Positions 33,333 to 40,938 of a DNA stretch of 64,000 bases are shown here, piece after piece. The position numbers were made by a program, and so were the translations under genes. Numbering within the stretch: position 1 is the stretch's first letter; each line of letters opens with the position of its first letter. The notes beneath the pieces are model-generated. The model saw only the letters and a program-made list of their open reading frames with translations. It ran no database searches and was not told the origin of the DNA. Origin of the DNA: an uncultured Pleurocapsa sp. (GTDB lineage: Bacteria; Chloroflexota; Anaerolineae; Aggregatilineales; Phototrophicaceae); the NCBI GenBank assembly GCA_964654755.1, contig CAZZJW010000003.1, positions 19,719-83,718 of the forward strand, in the 5' to 3' direction.

Positions 33333-34376
33333 TCAGCCGACTGGATTGGCAAGCAGCGCGGCCAGCAGCGCCGTGCAGGCTTCCAGATCGGCGCTGTCGA
33401 CGGTCTCGCTGGTGGTATGCACATAGCGCGTCGGGATGGAGAGCGCGCCGCTGGCGACGCCGGCGCGGCTCGCCTGGATGCCGGCGGCGTCCGTCGTGCC
33501 CAACGTCAGCGTCTCGCGCTGGTACGGGATGCCGTCCGCTTCGGCGCGCGCGATCATCCAGTCGCGCACGGCTGGCGGCACGATCAGCCCGGTGTCCTGC
33601 AGCTTGATGGCCGCGCCCGCGCCCAGCCGGATCTCGTTGCGCTCGACGTTGACCAGATCGCCGGTGGACGTCACATCGATCGCGATCGCCAGGTCGGGCG
33701 CCACCTGGAAGGCCGCGGGCCGGGCCCCGCGCAGGCCGACTTCTTCCTGCACGGTGAACACCACGACGACTTCGTTCTGCACGCGCTTGTTCAGCCGGCG
33801 CAGCGCTTCGATCGCTACCACGCAGCCGACGCGGTCGTCCATCGCCTTGCCGATGATGCGGCTGCCCCGCTGGATCATCTCGCGGTCGAAGCAGGCGGCC
33901 ATGCCGGGCGTGATCCGCCCTTCGCCACCATCGCTGACGTCGATCCAGTATTCATCGAGCGCCGGGGCCGTCTGCCGCCCAGCGTGGAAGTAGTCGGGCA
34001 TGCACAGCGTGCCGATCGTGCCGTCCTCAAAGCGCACGCGCGCGCCCAGCAGCGCGGTGTGCATCAGTCCGCCGATCGGGGCGAAGCGCAGAAAGCCGGT
34101 CTTCTTCTCGACAAACGTCACCATCACGCCGATTTCGTCCATGTGCGCGGCGACCATGATGCGTTTGCCGCCGCTGCCCACGCGGCAGATCAGATTGCCG
34201 AGCGCGTCCACTTCCATGTGGTCGACGAACGGGGCGACACGGCGCTCGATCAGCCGGCGCACGCCGTGCTCAAAACCTGACGGACCCCACGCCTGCGAGA
34301 TCTCGCTCAGCGTGTCGATCAACGTTTCGCTATCCGGGCGCTTTTTCGTTGCGCCGCCTGCCGGTCGCTTCATCAT
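33333..34376 (-). CDS. M42 family metallo-aminopeptidase (FrvX/TET-like), paralogue 1
   Basis: AAHMDEIGVMV, GKAMDDRVG, FTVQEEVGLRGA, and C-terminal ...IPTRYVHTTSE. Confidence 0.85.
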   Translation of the reverse strand: MMKRPAGGATKKRPDSETLIDTLSEISQAWGPSGFEHGVRRLIERRVAPFVDHMEVDALGNLICRVGSGGKRIMVAAHMDEIGVMVTFVEKKTGFLRFAPIGGLMHTALLGARVRFEDGTIGTLCMPDYFHAGRQTAPALDEYWIDVSDGGEGRITPGMAACFDREMIQRGSRIIGKAMDDRVGCVVAIEALRRLNKRVQNEVVVVFTVQEEVGLRGARPAAFQVAPDLAIAIDVTSTGDLVNVERNEIRLGAGAAIKLQDTGLIVPPAVRDWMIARAEADGIPYQRETLTLGTTDAAGIQASRAGVASGALSIPTRYVHTTSETVDSADLEACTALLAALLANPVG

Positions 34377-34410
34377 CCATGTCCCATCGTGTGTTCAGGT
34401 TGTCGAGCAA

Positions 34411-35457
34411 TCAGCGTACGCGCACAGCCTCAGCCGTCAGCCGGGCCAGCGCAGCGCGCACAAGGCGCAGGGTATCGTCGTAATCCTGGCGCAGCAGCAG
34501 CGCCGCCGGGCTGTGGATGTAGCGGCAGGGCAGCGAGATCACCGCTGTGGGCGCGCCCGCCCCCGCCATGTGGATGGCGCCGCCATCCGTTCCGCCGCCG
34601 GGATTGGACTTGAACTGATGGCGAATGCCTTCTGCTTCCGCCGTCTCGCGCAGAAAGGCCACCAGCTGCGGCGGCACGATCAGGCTGGAGTCCATCAGCG
34701 AGATCACCGGCCCGCCGCCCATCCGGCAGGTGGGGTTGATCTCGCGTTCATCATCTGCCTGTGCGGTTGGATTGGGCAGATCGTTGGCGGTCGTGCCCTC
34801 CAGCACCAGCGCGACATCGGGCTGCAGCGTGTTCGCCGCCACATGTGCCCCGCGCAGGCCGATCTCCTCCTGCACGGTGAAGGCCGCCAGCACGTCCACC
34901 GGATAGGGCCCGCCCTGCAGCACGTCGATCAGCAGCGCGCAGCCCGCGCGATCGTCAAACGCCTTGCCGCGCAGCATGCGCCCGCCGTCCAGCTCGGTGA
35001 AGGTGCTGTCGAAGGCGATCCGCTCGCCGCGTTTGACCTTGCCCGCTGCCTCGTCCTTGCTGGTCGCGCCGATATCGATGCGCAGGCTGGAGATGCGGAC
35101 GGCGTTCTGGTCCTGATTCTTGTGGATCGGCGTCCATACGATCACGCCCGGCGTGCTGCCGATGCGCACGCGCTTGCCCGGCAGGATGCGGTCATCGATG
35201 CCGCCCACCGCCACAAAGCGGATCAGCCCGTCGCCCTCGAAGCCGGTCACCATCAGGCCGATCTCATCCATATGCGCCGCCAGCATCACGCGAAGCCGGC
35301 GTTCGCCGGTGCCGCGCTGCAGCGCCGTGATGCCGCCCAGCGCGTTGATGCGCACGTCGGTCACGTGCGGGCGGATGGCCCCCAGCACCAGTGCGCGAAC
35401 GGCGTCTTCCTGGCCGGATACGCCGACAGCATCGGAAAGCGTCTGGAGCATCTTCAT
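34411..35457 (-). CDS. M42 family metallo-aminopeptidase, paralogue 2
   Basis: AAHMDEIGLMV, GKAFDDRAG, FTVQEEIGLRGA, LPCRYIHSP. Confidence 0.85.
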   Translation of the reverse strand: MKMLQTLSDAVGVSGQEDAVRALVLGAIRPHVTDVRINALGGITALQRGTGERRLRVMLAAHMDEIGLMVTGFEGDGLIRFVAVGGIDDRILPGKRVRIGSTPGVIVWTPIHKNQDQNAVRISSLRIDIGATSKDEAAGKVKRGERIAFDSTFTELDGGRMLRGKAFDDRAGCALLIDVLQGGPYPVDVLAAFTVQEEIGLRGAHVAANTLQPDVALVLEGTTANDLPNPTAQADDEREINPTCRMGGGPVISLMDSSLIVPPQLVAFLRETAEAEGIRHQFKSNPGGGTDGGAIHMAGAGAPTAVISLPCRYIHSPAALLLRQDYDDTLRLVRAALARLTAEAVRVR

Positions 35458-36533
35458 GCGCTCGCCTCCTCGTAGGCAATCGACTGCATGAACTGGCCGT
35501 CCAACTCGCTGATGAACAGCGCCATCAGCCGGCCAGCCCGCTCAACATCGCGCAGGTCGATGGTCTCGACGGCGGAATGCATGCTGCGCAGCGGGATCTC
35601 GAGCAGCGCAGTTGGAACGCCTTCGCGGGCGATCTGGATGGACCAGGCATCGGTGCCGCTGCTGGCGGGGATCACATCGTCCTGCAGCCGGATCTCATGC
35701 CGCTTCGCGGTCTCGCGCAGGCGGTCGTACAGCTTCGGATGGAAGTTCGCGCCCAGGCCGATGCCCGGGCCGCCGCCCATCTCCAGCGCCTCGTCGGCAG
35801 AGACGCCGGATTGCGGCGCGAAGCACACGTCGAGCGCGATGGCGATGTCGGGCTGCAGGCGAAATGCCGAAGTGCGCGCGCCGAACAGCCCGGTCTCTTC
35901 CTGCACCGTCGCTACGGCGGCCACATCCCATGCGTGGTGCATGCCCTGCAGCGCGTGCAGGCAGGCGCTGACAGCGGCCACAGAGGCGCGGTCGTCCATC
36001 GCCTTGCCGGCCACCTTCGTGCCCAGCAGTTCGATCATCGGCGCATCCACGGTGATCAGATCGCCGATGCGCACCAGCTCGTGCACGCGCTCTGCCGGCA
36101 GGCCGACATCGATCAGCAGCTCGTCGAACGACGGGTAGCGCGCGCGCGCCGCCTGCGTCAGCAGGTGTGGCGGCCTGGCGGCAACGATGCCGGGCAGCAC
36201 TTCGCGGCCATGCACCAGCACGGTCTGCGCCATCAGCAGGCGATTGTCTGTGCCGGCCACGCGGTTGAAGCGGATGAAGCCTTCGCAGATGCCCGTCACC
36301 ATCATGCCGATTTCGTCCATGTGCGCGGCCAGCATGATGGTGCGCGGGGCGGGCAGCGGGCGCGTGGCACGGCGCAGGGCGATCAGGCTGCCCAGGCCGT
36401 CCTCGTGCAGCTCATCTGCACATGGCCCCCATTCCTCGCGCAGGATAGCGCGCAGCGGGCCTTCGTGGCCGCTGGGGGCGTGCGTCTCGGTCAGGCGGCG
36501 CAGATGCGCCTTGATGTCGAAGCTCAACAGCAC
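35454..36533 (-). CDS. M42 family metallo-aminopeptidase, paralogue 3
   Basis: AAHMDEIGMMV, GKAMDDRAS, ATVQEETGLFGA, IPLRSMHSAVE. Its stop overlaps the start of paralogue 2 (ATGA). Confidence 0.85.
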   Translation of the reverse strand: MLLSFDIKAHLRRLTETHAPSGHEGPLRAILREEWGPCADELHEDGLGSLIALRRATRPLPAPRTIMLAAHMDEIGMMVTGICEGFIRFNRVAGTDNRLLMAQTVLVHGREVLPGIVAARPPHLLTQAARARYPSFDELLIDVGLPAERVHELVRIGDLITVDAPMIELLGTKVAGKAMDDRASVAAVSACLHALQGMHHAWDVAAVATVQEETGLFGARTSAFRLQPDIAIALDVCFAPQSGVSADEALEMGGGPGIGLGANFHPKLYDRLRETAKRHEIRLQDDVIPASSGTDAWSIQIAREGVPTALLEIPLRSMHSAVETIDLRDVERAGRLMALFISELDGQFMQSIAYEEASA

Positions 36534-36554
36534 GTCTCCTCATCGATCAGGGGG

Positions 36555-37148
36555 TCAGGGGCCGGGCGGCAGCACCGTTTCGGTCGGCGTGGCCGTCGGT
36601 GGGCAGCCGGTCGGCGGCGGCCCTGGCTGGCTTGGGCACAGATCGAGATTGTCGGCCACGCCGTCTCCGTCGCTGTCCGGCACCGGGATGGGCGTGGCGC
36701 TGGCGAAGACGAACGGCGTGTCGGTCGCGATCGGGATGGGCGATGGCGTCGCGCTGGGTGGCGGCGCGACAGTCGGCGGCAGGGTGAGCGTGGGCGCAGG
36801 CGTCGAGGTTGGGAAGATGAACGGCGTGGCCGTCGGGGGCGCCAGCGTCGGAAAGACCACGGTCGGAAAGACGATCGTCGGGAAGAACTGGCCGGGCGTG
36901 GGCAGCAGGCCGCCTCCGCCACCGGGCAGCGGTGTGATGCTGGGGAAGGCGATGCGCGTGGCGGTCGCCAGCGTGCGGGTGAGCGCGGGCTGGGTGGTTG
37001 CCAGCGGTGTGGGCGTGGCGCGGACGCTGGGGGCCGTCCCCAGCAGCACGAAGCCCGCGCAGTAGAACGGAAGCGTCGCCAGAATGATCAGAAACAGCAC
37101 GACCTGCAGGTTGCGCCGCCGCCGATCTGCGGGTGCTCCGGCTACCAT
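36555..37148 (-). CDS. membrane-anchored Pro/Thr-rich protein with thrombospondin-type-3-like motif
   Basis: One N-terminal TM segment (VVLFLIILATLPFYCAGFVLLG). Long P/T-rich repeats (FPTIVFPTVVFPT). DSDGDGVADNLDLCP near the C-terminus. Its start overlaps the elp3 stop by 7 nt. Confidence 0.6.
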   Translation of the reverse strand: MVAGAPADRRRRNLQVVLFLIILATLPFYCAGFVLLGTAPSVRATPTPLATTQPALTRTLATATRIAFPSITPLPGGGGGLLPTPGQFFPTIVFPTVVFPTLAPPTATPFIFPTSTPAPTLTLPPTVAPPPSATPSPIPIATDTPFVFASATPIPVPDSDGDGVADNLDLCPSQPGPPPTGCPPTATPTETVLPPGP

Positions 37149-39040
37149 TCCTTCTCCTCAGGCTGCTCCACGCGCGCGCTGAACATGTTACCACAAGCCG
37201 CCTGATCCGACGAACCCGCCAGCAGGCGGTGCTGATACAGCGCGCCGTCGCTGAATCCGCGCCGTCGGTAATAGGCGCGCGTGCCCACCGCGCTGATGAC
37301 GCTCAGCCGGGCGCAGCCGGCCTCCGCAGCCAGCAGCGCAGCATGCTCGATCAGGCGCGCACCCAGCCCGCTGTGCTGCGCCCGCCCCGGCTGGCTGCCG
37401 CCGATCTCGACCGCCTGCCCGTACACGTGCACCTCGCGGATGATCGCCGCCCCGGCCAGTTCGGCGCACAGCGGCGCGGCCTCCGGCGCGGGCAGGCGCA
37501 GGCGCAGAAAGGCAGCGATGCTGCGATCCGGCGCGATGAACTGCAGGAAGGCCTCGCGGCCGCCGGCTGCCTCGTACAGCGTGGTCTCCAGGCGTAGTTC
37601 ATCCATGTCCACCAGGCGAAAGCGTACCTCGCGGGCGCGGATGTCGGCGCTCTTCTCGCCGCGCGCTGCCAGCGCCTGCTCGACGAGCTGGCGGAAGTTG
37701 GTCGTGCGGTTGCCGTCGACGATATCGGTGCCGGGGATGTCGCGGATGACGCGCGTCAGGCGGCAGTACTCCGGTGTGCGGCGGAAGCACGCCATCAGCA
37801 GCTCGAGCAGCTCGTCGTGCGTGTAGGGCCGCCAGCGCCCTTCCTGATAAGGACGCATCAGTTCAGCGCTCTCGATCAGCGAACACGGATAGATCTTGAG
37901 CTCGTCGGGCCGGTAGGCGGGATCGGCGAACAGCCGGTCGTAATCGTCGCGGTCGCTGTCCGGCGTCGCGCCGTACAGATTGGGCATCCAGTGCGCGTGG
38001 ATCTTGAAGCCGGCAGCGCGCAGCAGGGCGACCGCCTCGCGGGTGGCCTGCGTGGTGTGTCCGCGCCGATTGAGGCGCAGGATGCGGTCGTCGAGGCTCT
38101 GAAAGCCGATCTGCACCTTGGTGGCGCCCAGCCGGCGCAGGCGCAGCGTCTCTTCCGCCGTCAGGTAGTCTGGCCGCGTTTCGATCACCAGCCCGACGCA
38201 GCGCACGGCGGCGGCCTCGTTCTCGCGGTGCGCGGCCTCCAGCTCCTGCCATGTGGCGAACTCGTCGGTCGGGCGGCGCGCGCCCCCCGCCGCAAGCAGC
38301 GCGGCCAGCCGGGCGGCCTGCTGGCGTTCGCTGGCGTACAGGCGCTGCACGGTCTGGTTGTAGCTCTCGTGCAGCGCCGCGCCCTGCAGCCGCACATTCG
38401 GCGCGGGCTGCGCCGGGTCGAAGGGCGACTGCTCGTGTATCGCCTGCCAGACTTCGGCGGAGCGGTCTTCGCCGCGCCCGAAATCGTGCAGCGCGTCAAA
38501 GGCGCGGCGCACGAACCAGATCTGATAGCTCTCCGGGTAGAACGACCACGTCCCGCCCAGGATGAGCAGCTCGATCTTGTCGGTGGGGTGGCCGGTGTTG
38601 AAGAAGGCGCGCAGGCGCGTCATGGTCTGGAGATAGGGGTCGAAGGCATTCTGCGCCGCCCGCTGCGCGCCGGGCTCATCGGAGAGGTAGCTCTTGGGCA
38701 TGCGCACGTCGTTGGGGCAGAAGATGCACTCGCCGGGGCAGGGATACGGCCGGGTGAGGATGGTGACCGGCGTCACGCCGCTGCTGGTGCGCACTGGTTT
38801 CATGCGCAGGCGCTCGATGACCGCCGGATCGAAGGGAGGCAGCGCTTCGCCGGCGAAGGCGCGGTAGGCGCGCAGCAGATCATCGCGGCTGAAGATGCGC
38901 CCGCCAGCCGTCCGCCCGGTCTGGCGCACCAGCCGGTCGAGGCGCTGGCCGGTGAGCGTGGCATCAGCCGCCACCGCCTGCAGGATGGTCAGCAGTGCTG
39001 CGCGGTGCTGTTCGAGGTCGAGGGCAGGGCGAAAGGTCAT
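37142..39040 (-). CDS. elp3: Elp3-family radical SAM/GNAT enzyme (tRNA wobble-uridine carboxymethylation type)
   Basis: Radical-SAM Cys triad CPGECIFCP. Elp3-like blocks ELLILGGTWSFYPESYQIWF, VGLVIETRPDYL, VQIGFQSLDDRILRLNRRGHT, DELKIYPCSLIESAEL, TRVIRDIPGTDIV. C-terminal GNAT (IIREVHVYGQAV, QHSGLGARLIEHAA, SVISAVGTRAYYRRRGF). Confidence 0.85.
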   Translation of the reverse strand: MTFRPALDLEQHRAALLTILQAVAADATLTGQRLDRLVRQTGRTAGGRIFSRDDLLRAYRAFAGEALPPFDPAVIERLRMKPVRTSSGVTPVTILTRPYPCPGECIFCPNDVRMPKSYLSDEPGAQRAAQNAFDPYLQTMTRLRAFFNTGHPTDKIELLILGGTWSFYPESYQIWFVRRAFDALHDFGRGEDRSAEVWQAIHEQSPFDPAQPAPNVRLQGAALHESYNQTVQRLYASERQQAARLAALLAAGGARRPTDEFATWQELEAAHRENEAAAVRCVGLVIETRPDYLTAEETLRLRRLGATKVQIGFQSLDDRILRLNRRGHTTQATREAVALLRAAGFKIHAHWMPNLYGATPDSDRDDYDRLFADPAYRPDELKIYPCSLIESAELMRPYQEGRWRPYTHDELLELLMACFRRTPEYCRLTRVIRDIPGTDIVDGNRTTNFRQLVEQALAARGEKSADIRAREVRFRLVDMDELRLETTLYEAAGGREAFLQFIAPDRSIAAFLRLRLPAPEAAPLCAELAGAAIIREVHVYGQAVEIGGSQPGRAQHSGLGARLIEHAALLAAEAGCARLSVISAVGTRAYYRRRGFSDGALYQHRLLAGSSDQAACGNMFSARVEQPEEKEW

Positions 39041-39164
39041 GGGCGGGGCGCCGGATCACTGTCGTGCGACAGCCAGCGCGCACGACCGGCGGCAGCGAAA
39101 GCGGGAAGGCTGGGCGCACTTCCCGCTGAGGATGACCGTGGAACTGAGGCGGTGCGCGCGCGCG

Positions 39165-39416
39165 TCAGCCTTCCGGCGGCGGCACGGGCAGGTCGTCGAT
39201 GGCGACATCCTTGTACTTCGCGCCCTCTTCCACCAGCATCACCGGGATGCCGTTGCGGATGGGATATTTGTAGCCGGACTCTTTGCTGACCAGCCAACAT
39301 CCTCGCACCAGCTCCAGCCGGCCAGGGTCTGCGCCGCGGTCCTTCCAGTGCACGGCGACCGGGCAGCGCAGCAGTTCGAGCAGTGCCGGGTCAATCGCCG
39401 GGGTGGTTTCGCTCAT
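39165..39416 (-). CDS. Trm112-like small protein (UPF0434 type, partly Cys-less)
   Basis: 83 aa. LLELLRCPV...YKYPIRNGIPVMLVEE matches the Trm112 N- and C-terminal signature. Only part of the zinc-knuckle Cys set is present. Confidence 0.7.
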   Translation of the reverse strand: MSETTPAIDPALLELLRCPVAVHWKDRGADPGRLELVRGCWLVSKESGYKYPIRNGIPVMLVEEGAKYKDVAIDDLPVPPPEG

Positions 39417-39456
39417 GGTGTGTCTCCGCGTGACGATACAACTGCGTGTTGAGTAT

Positions 39457-39485
39457 AGCATAGCGGCGGGGCGGCGGGGCGTCAA
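39457..39485 (-). promoter_or_regulatory. candidate promoter of the Trm112-like/elp3 unit (TTGACG-17 nt-TATGCT)
   Basis: The minus strand reads TTGACG ccccgccgccccgccgc TATGCT, about 40 nt upstream of the Trm112-like ATG. Confidence 0.5.
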
Positions 39486-39504
39486 TCTGCGCGCCGGCCC
39501 GGCG

Positions 39505-40428
39505 TCAGCTGCTCTCCACGCCCCACAGCAGCAGGCGGTTGTCACCGGCGGCGCTGGCGAGGAACTGCCCGTCCTGCACGAAGGTGAGCGCCAGCACCGG
39601 ACGGGTGTGCCCGCTCAGGCTGGCCAGGGGCTGGCCGCTGGCCGCATCCCACAGCCGGATGACGCCGTCGCGCCCGCCGCTGGCCAGCACGTCTCCGGCG
39701 GGGGAGAACGCCACGGCATCGGCGCCGCCGTCGTGCGCAGTCAGGCGCTGTTGCAGCGTGAGCGCGTGTTCGTGCGCGTGAAGCAGCGCGATCTGCCCAT
39801 CGCGGAAGGCGACGGCAGCCTGCCCGCGCCTGCCCACCGCCAGATCGCGCGCCCAGATCGGCTGGTCGTCGCTGTCCTCGTGCGTCAGGAAGGCCACGCT
39901 GCTGGCCCGGCGCACATCCCACAGCCGCACCACGCCGTCCCAGCCGCACGAGAGCAGCCGGCCATCGTCCAGAAAGCCGACGCGCGCGATCTCGTCGCCG
40001 TGAAAGCCGAGGGTGCTGGGCGCGCCATTCCCGCCGAACAGCAGCAGCGCGCCGCTGCCACAGCCCGCCGCCACCCATGCGCCATCCGGGGACACCGCCA
40101 CGGCATTGACGGGCGACCCGGCGGCCCAGGTGTGGGTGAGCGTCAGCCCGGGCAAGCTGAGCCGGTAGACGAACGTGTCGCTGCTGCCGGCGGCCAGCCA
40201 ACTGCCATCGGGGGCGAAGGCCGCGCTCTTGACCGGGGCGCTGTGCGCGAAGCGGGCGTCCGGCGCGCCGCCGAATCCCCCGGTCCACAACCACACGCCC
40301 GCGCCACAGGCGGCGGCCAGCGCGCGCGCCGGGGCGCTGAAGGCGAGCTCGGTCGGCAGCGCGATCGCCGCTTCACCCAGCAGGGTGATCCGCGAGGCGG
40401 TGTGAGGGGTGATTGAAAGCAAGGCCAT
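39505..40428 (-). CDS. WD40-repeat beta-propeller protein
   Basis: Repeats ending in W-D/L-W (GRDGVIRLWDAASG, GWDGVVRLWDVRR, DNRLLLWGVES). ATG 40428 preferred over 40476. Confidence 0.8.
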   Translation of the reverse strand: MALLSITPHTASRITLLGEAAIALPTELAFSAPARALAAACGAGVWLWTGGFGGAPDARFAHSAPVKSAAFAPDGSWLAAGSSDTFVYRLSLPGLTLTHTWAAGSPVNAVAVSPDGAWVAAGCGSGALLLFGGNGAPSTLGFHGDEIARVGFLDDGRLLSCGWDGVVRLWDVRRASSVAFLTHEDSDDQPIWARDLAVGRRGQAAVAFRDGQIALLHAHEHALTLQQRLTAHDGGADAVAFSPAGDVLASGGRDGVIRLWDAASGQPLASLSGHTRPVLALTFVQDGQFLASAAGDNRLLLWGVESS

Positions 40429-40512
40429 AGCAAACTCTGATCTGATCGTAATCTGCGCGTGATATCGTTTTGTCACGTAGCCGGCTCAGGGCAGCGATGG
40501 AGGGCAATCACG

Positions 40513-40905
40513 ATGAGCGCAGCGGAAACCGTAACGCAGGACAGCGTATTTGGCAATCTGAATGGTCATGAGTACATGCGCCTGACCACGTTTCGCAAGT
40601 CTGGAGAGGGCGTGCCGACGCCGGTGTGGTTCGCGCGCGAGGGCGACCGGCTGTATGTGACGACGCAGGCGACATCCGGCAAGGTCAAGCGTATCAGCCA
40701 CACGGCGCGCGTGCGGATCGAGCCGTGCACCGTGCGTGGCGACGTGCTGGGGCCGGCGGCGGAGGGCAGCGCGCGCGTGGTGACGGGCGAGGAGGCGCAG
40801 CGGGCCAACGCCGCGCTCTCGCGCAAGTACGGGCTGAAGAAGCGCCTGTTCGAGCTGTTCAGCCGCGGCGGCAACCGCACCTATCTGATGATCACCAGCG
40901 CATAG
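40513..40905 (+). CDS. PPOX-class (pyridoxamine-5'-phosphate-oxidase fold) probable F420/FMN-dependent protein
   Basis: YMRLTTFRKSGEGVPTPVWFAREGDRLYVTT...KVKRISHTARVRIEPC pattern of PPOX class F420-dependent enzymes. Confidence 0.7.
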   Translation: MSAAETVTQDSVFGNLNGHEYMRLTTFRKSGEGVPTPVWFAREGDRLYVTTQATSGKVKRISHTARVRIEPCTVRGDVLGPAAEGSARVVTGEEAQRANAALSRKYGLKKRLFELFSRGGNRTYLMITSA

Positions 40906-40924
40906 CACGCGCCGTGTGGCCGGG

Positions 40925-40930
40925 TATAAT
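40925..40930 (+). promoter_or_regulatory. perfect TATAAT box 8 nt before the GT4 start codon (possible leaderless mRNA)
   Basis: cgggTATAATcccgcgccATG. No room for a Shine-Dalgarno sequence. The -35 element is weak (ATAGCA). Confidence 0.35.
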
Positions 40931-40938
40931 CCCGCGCC

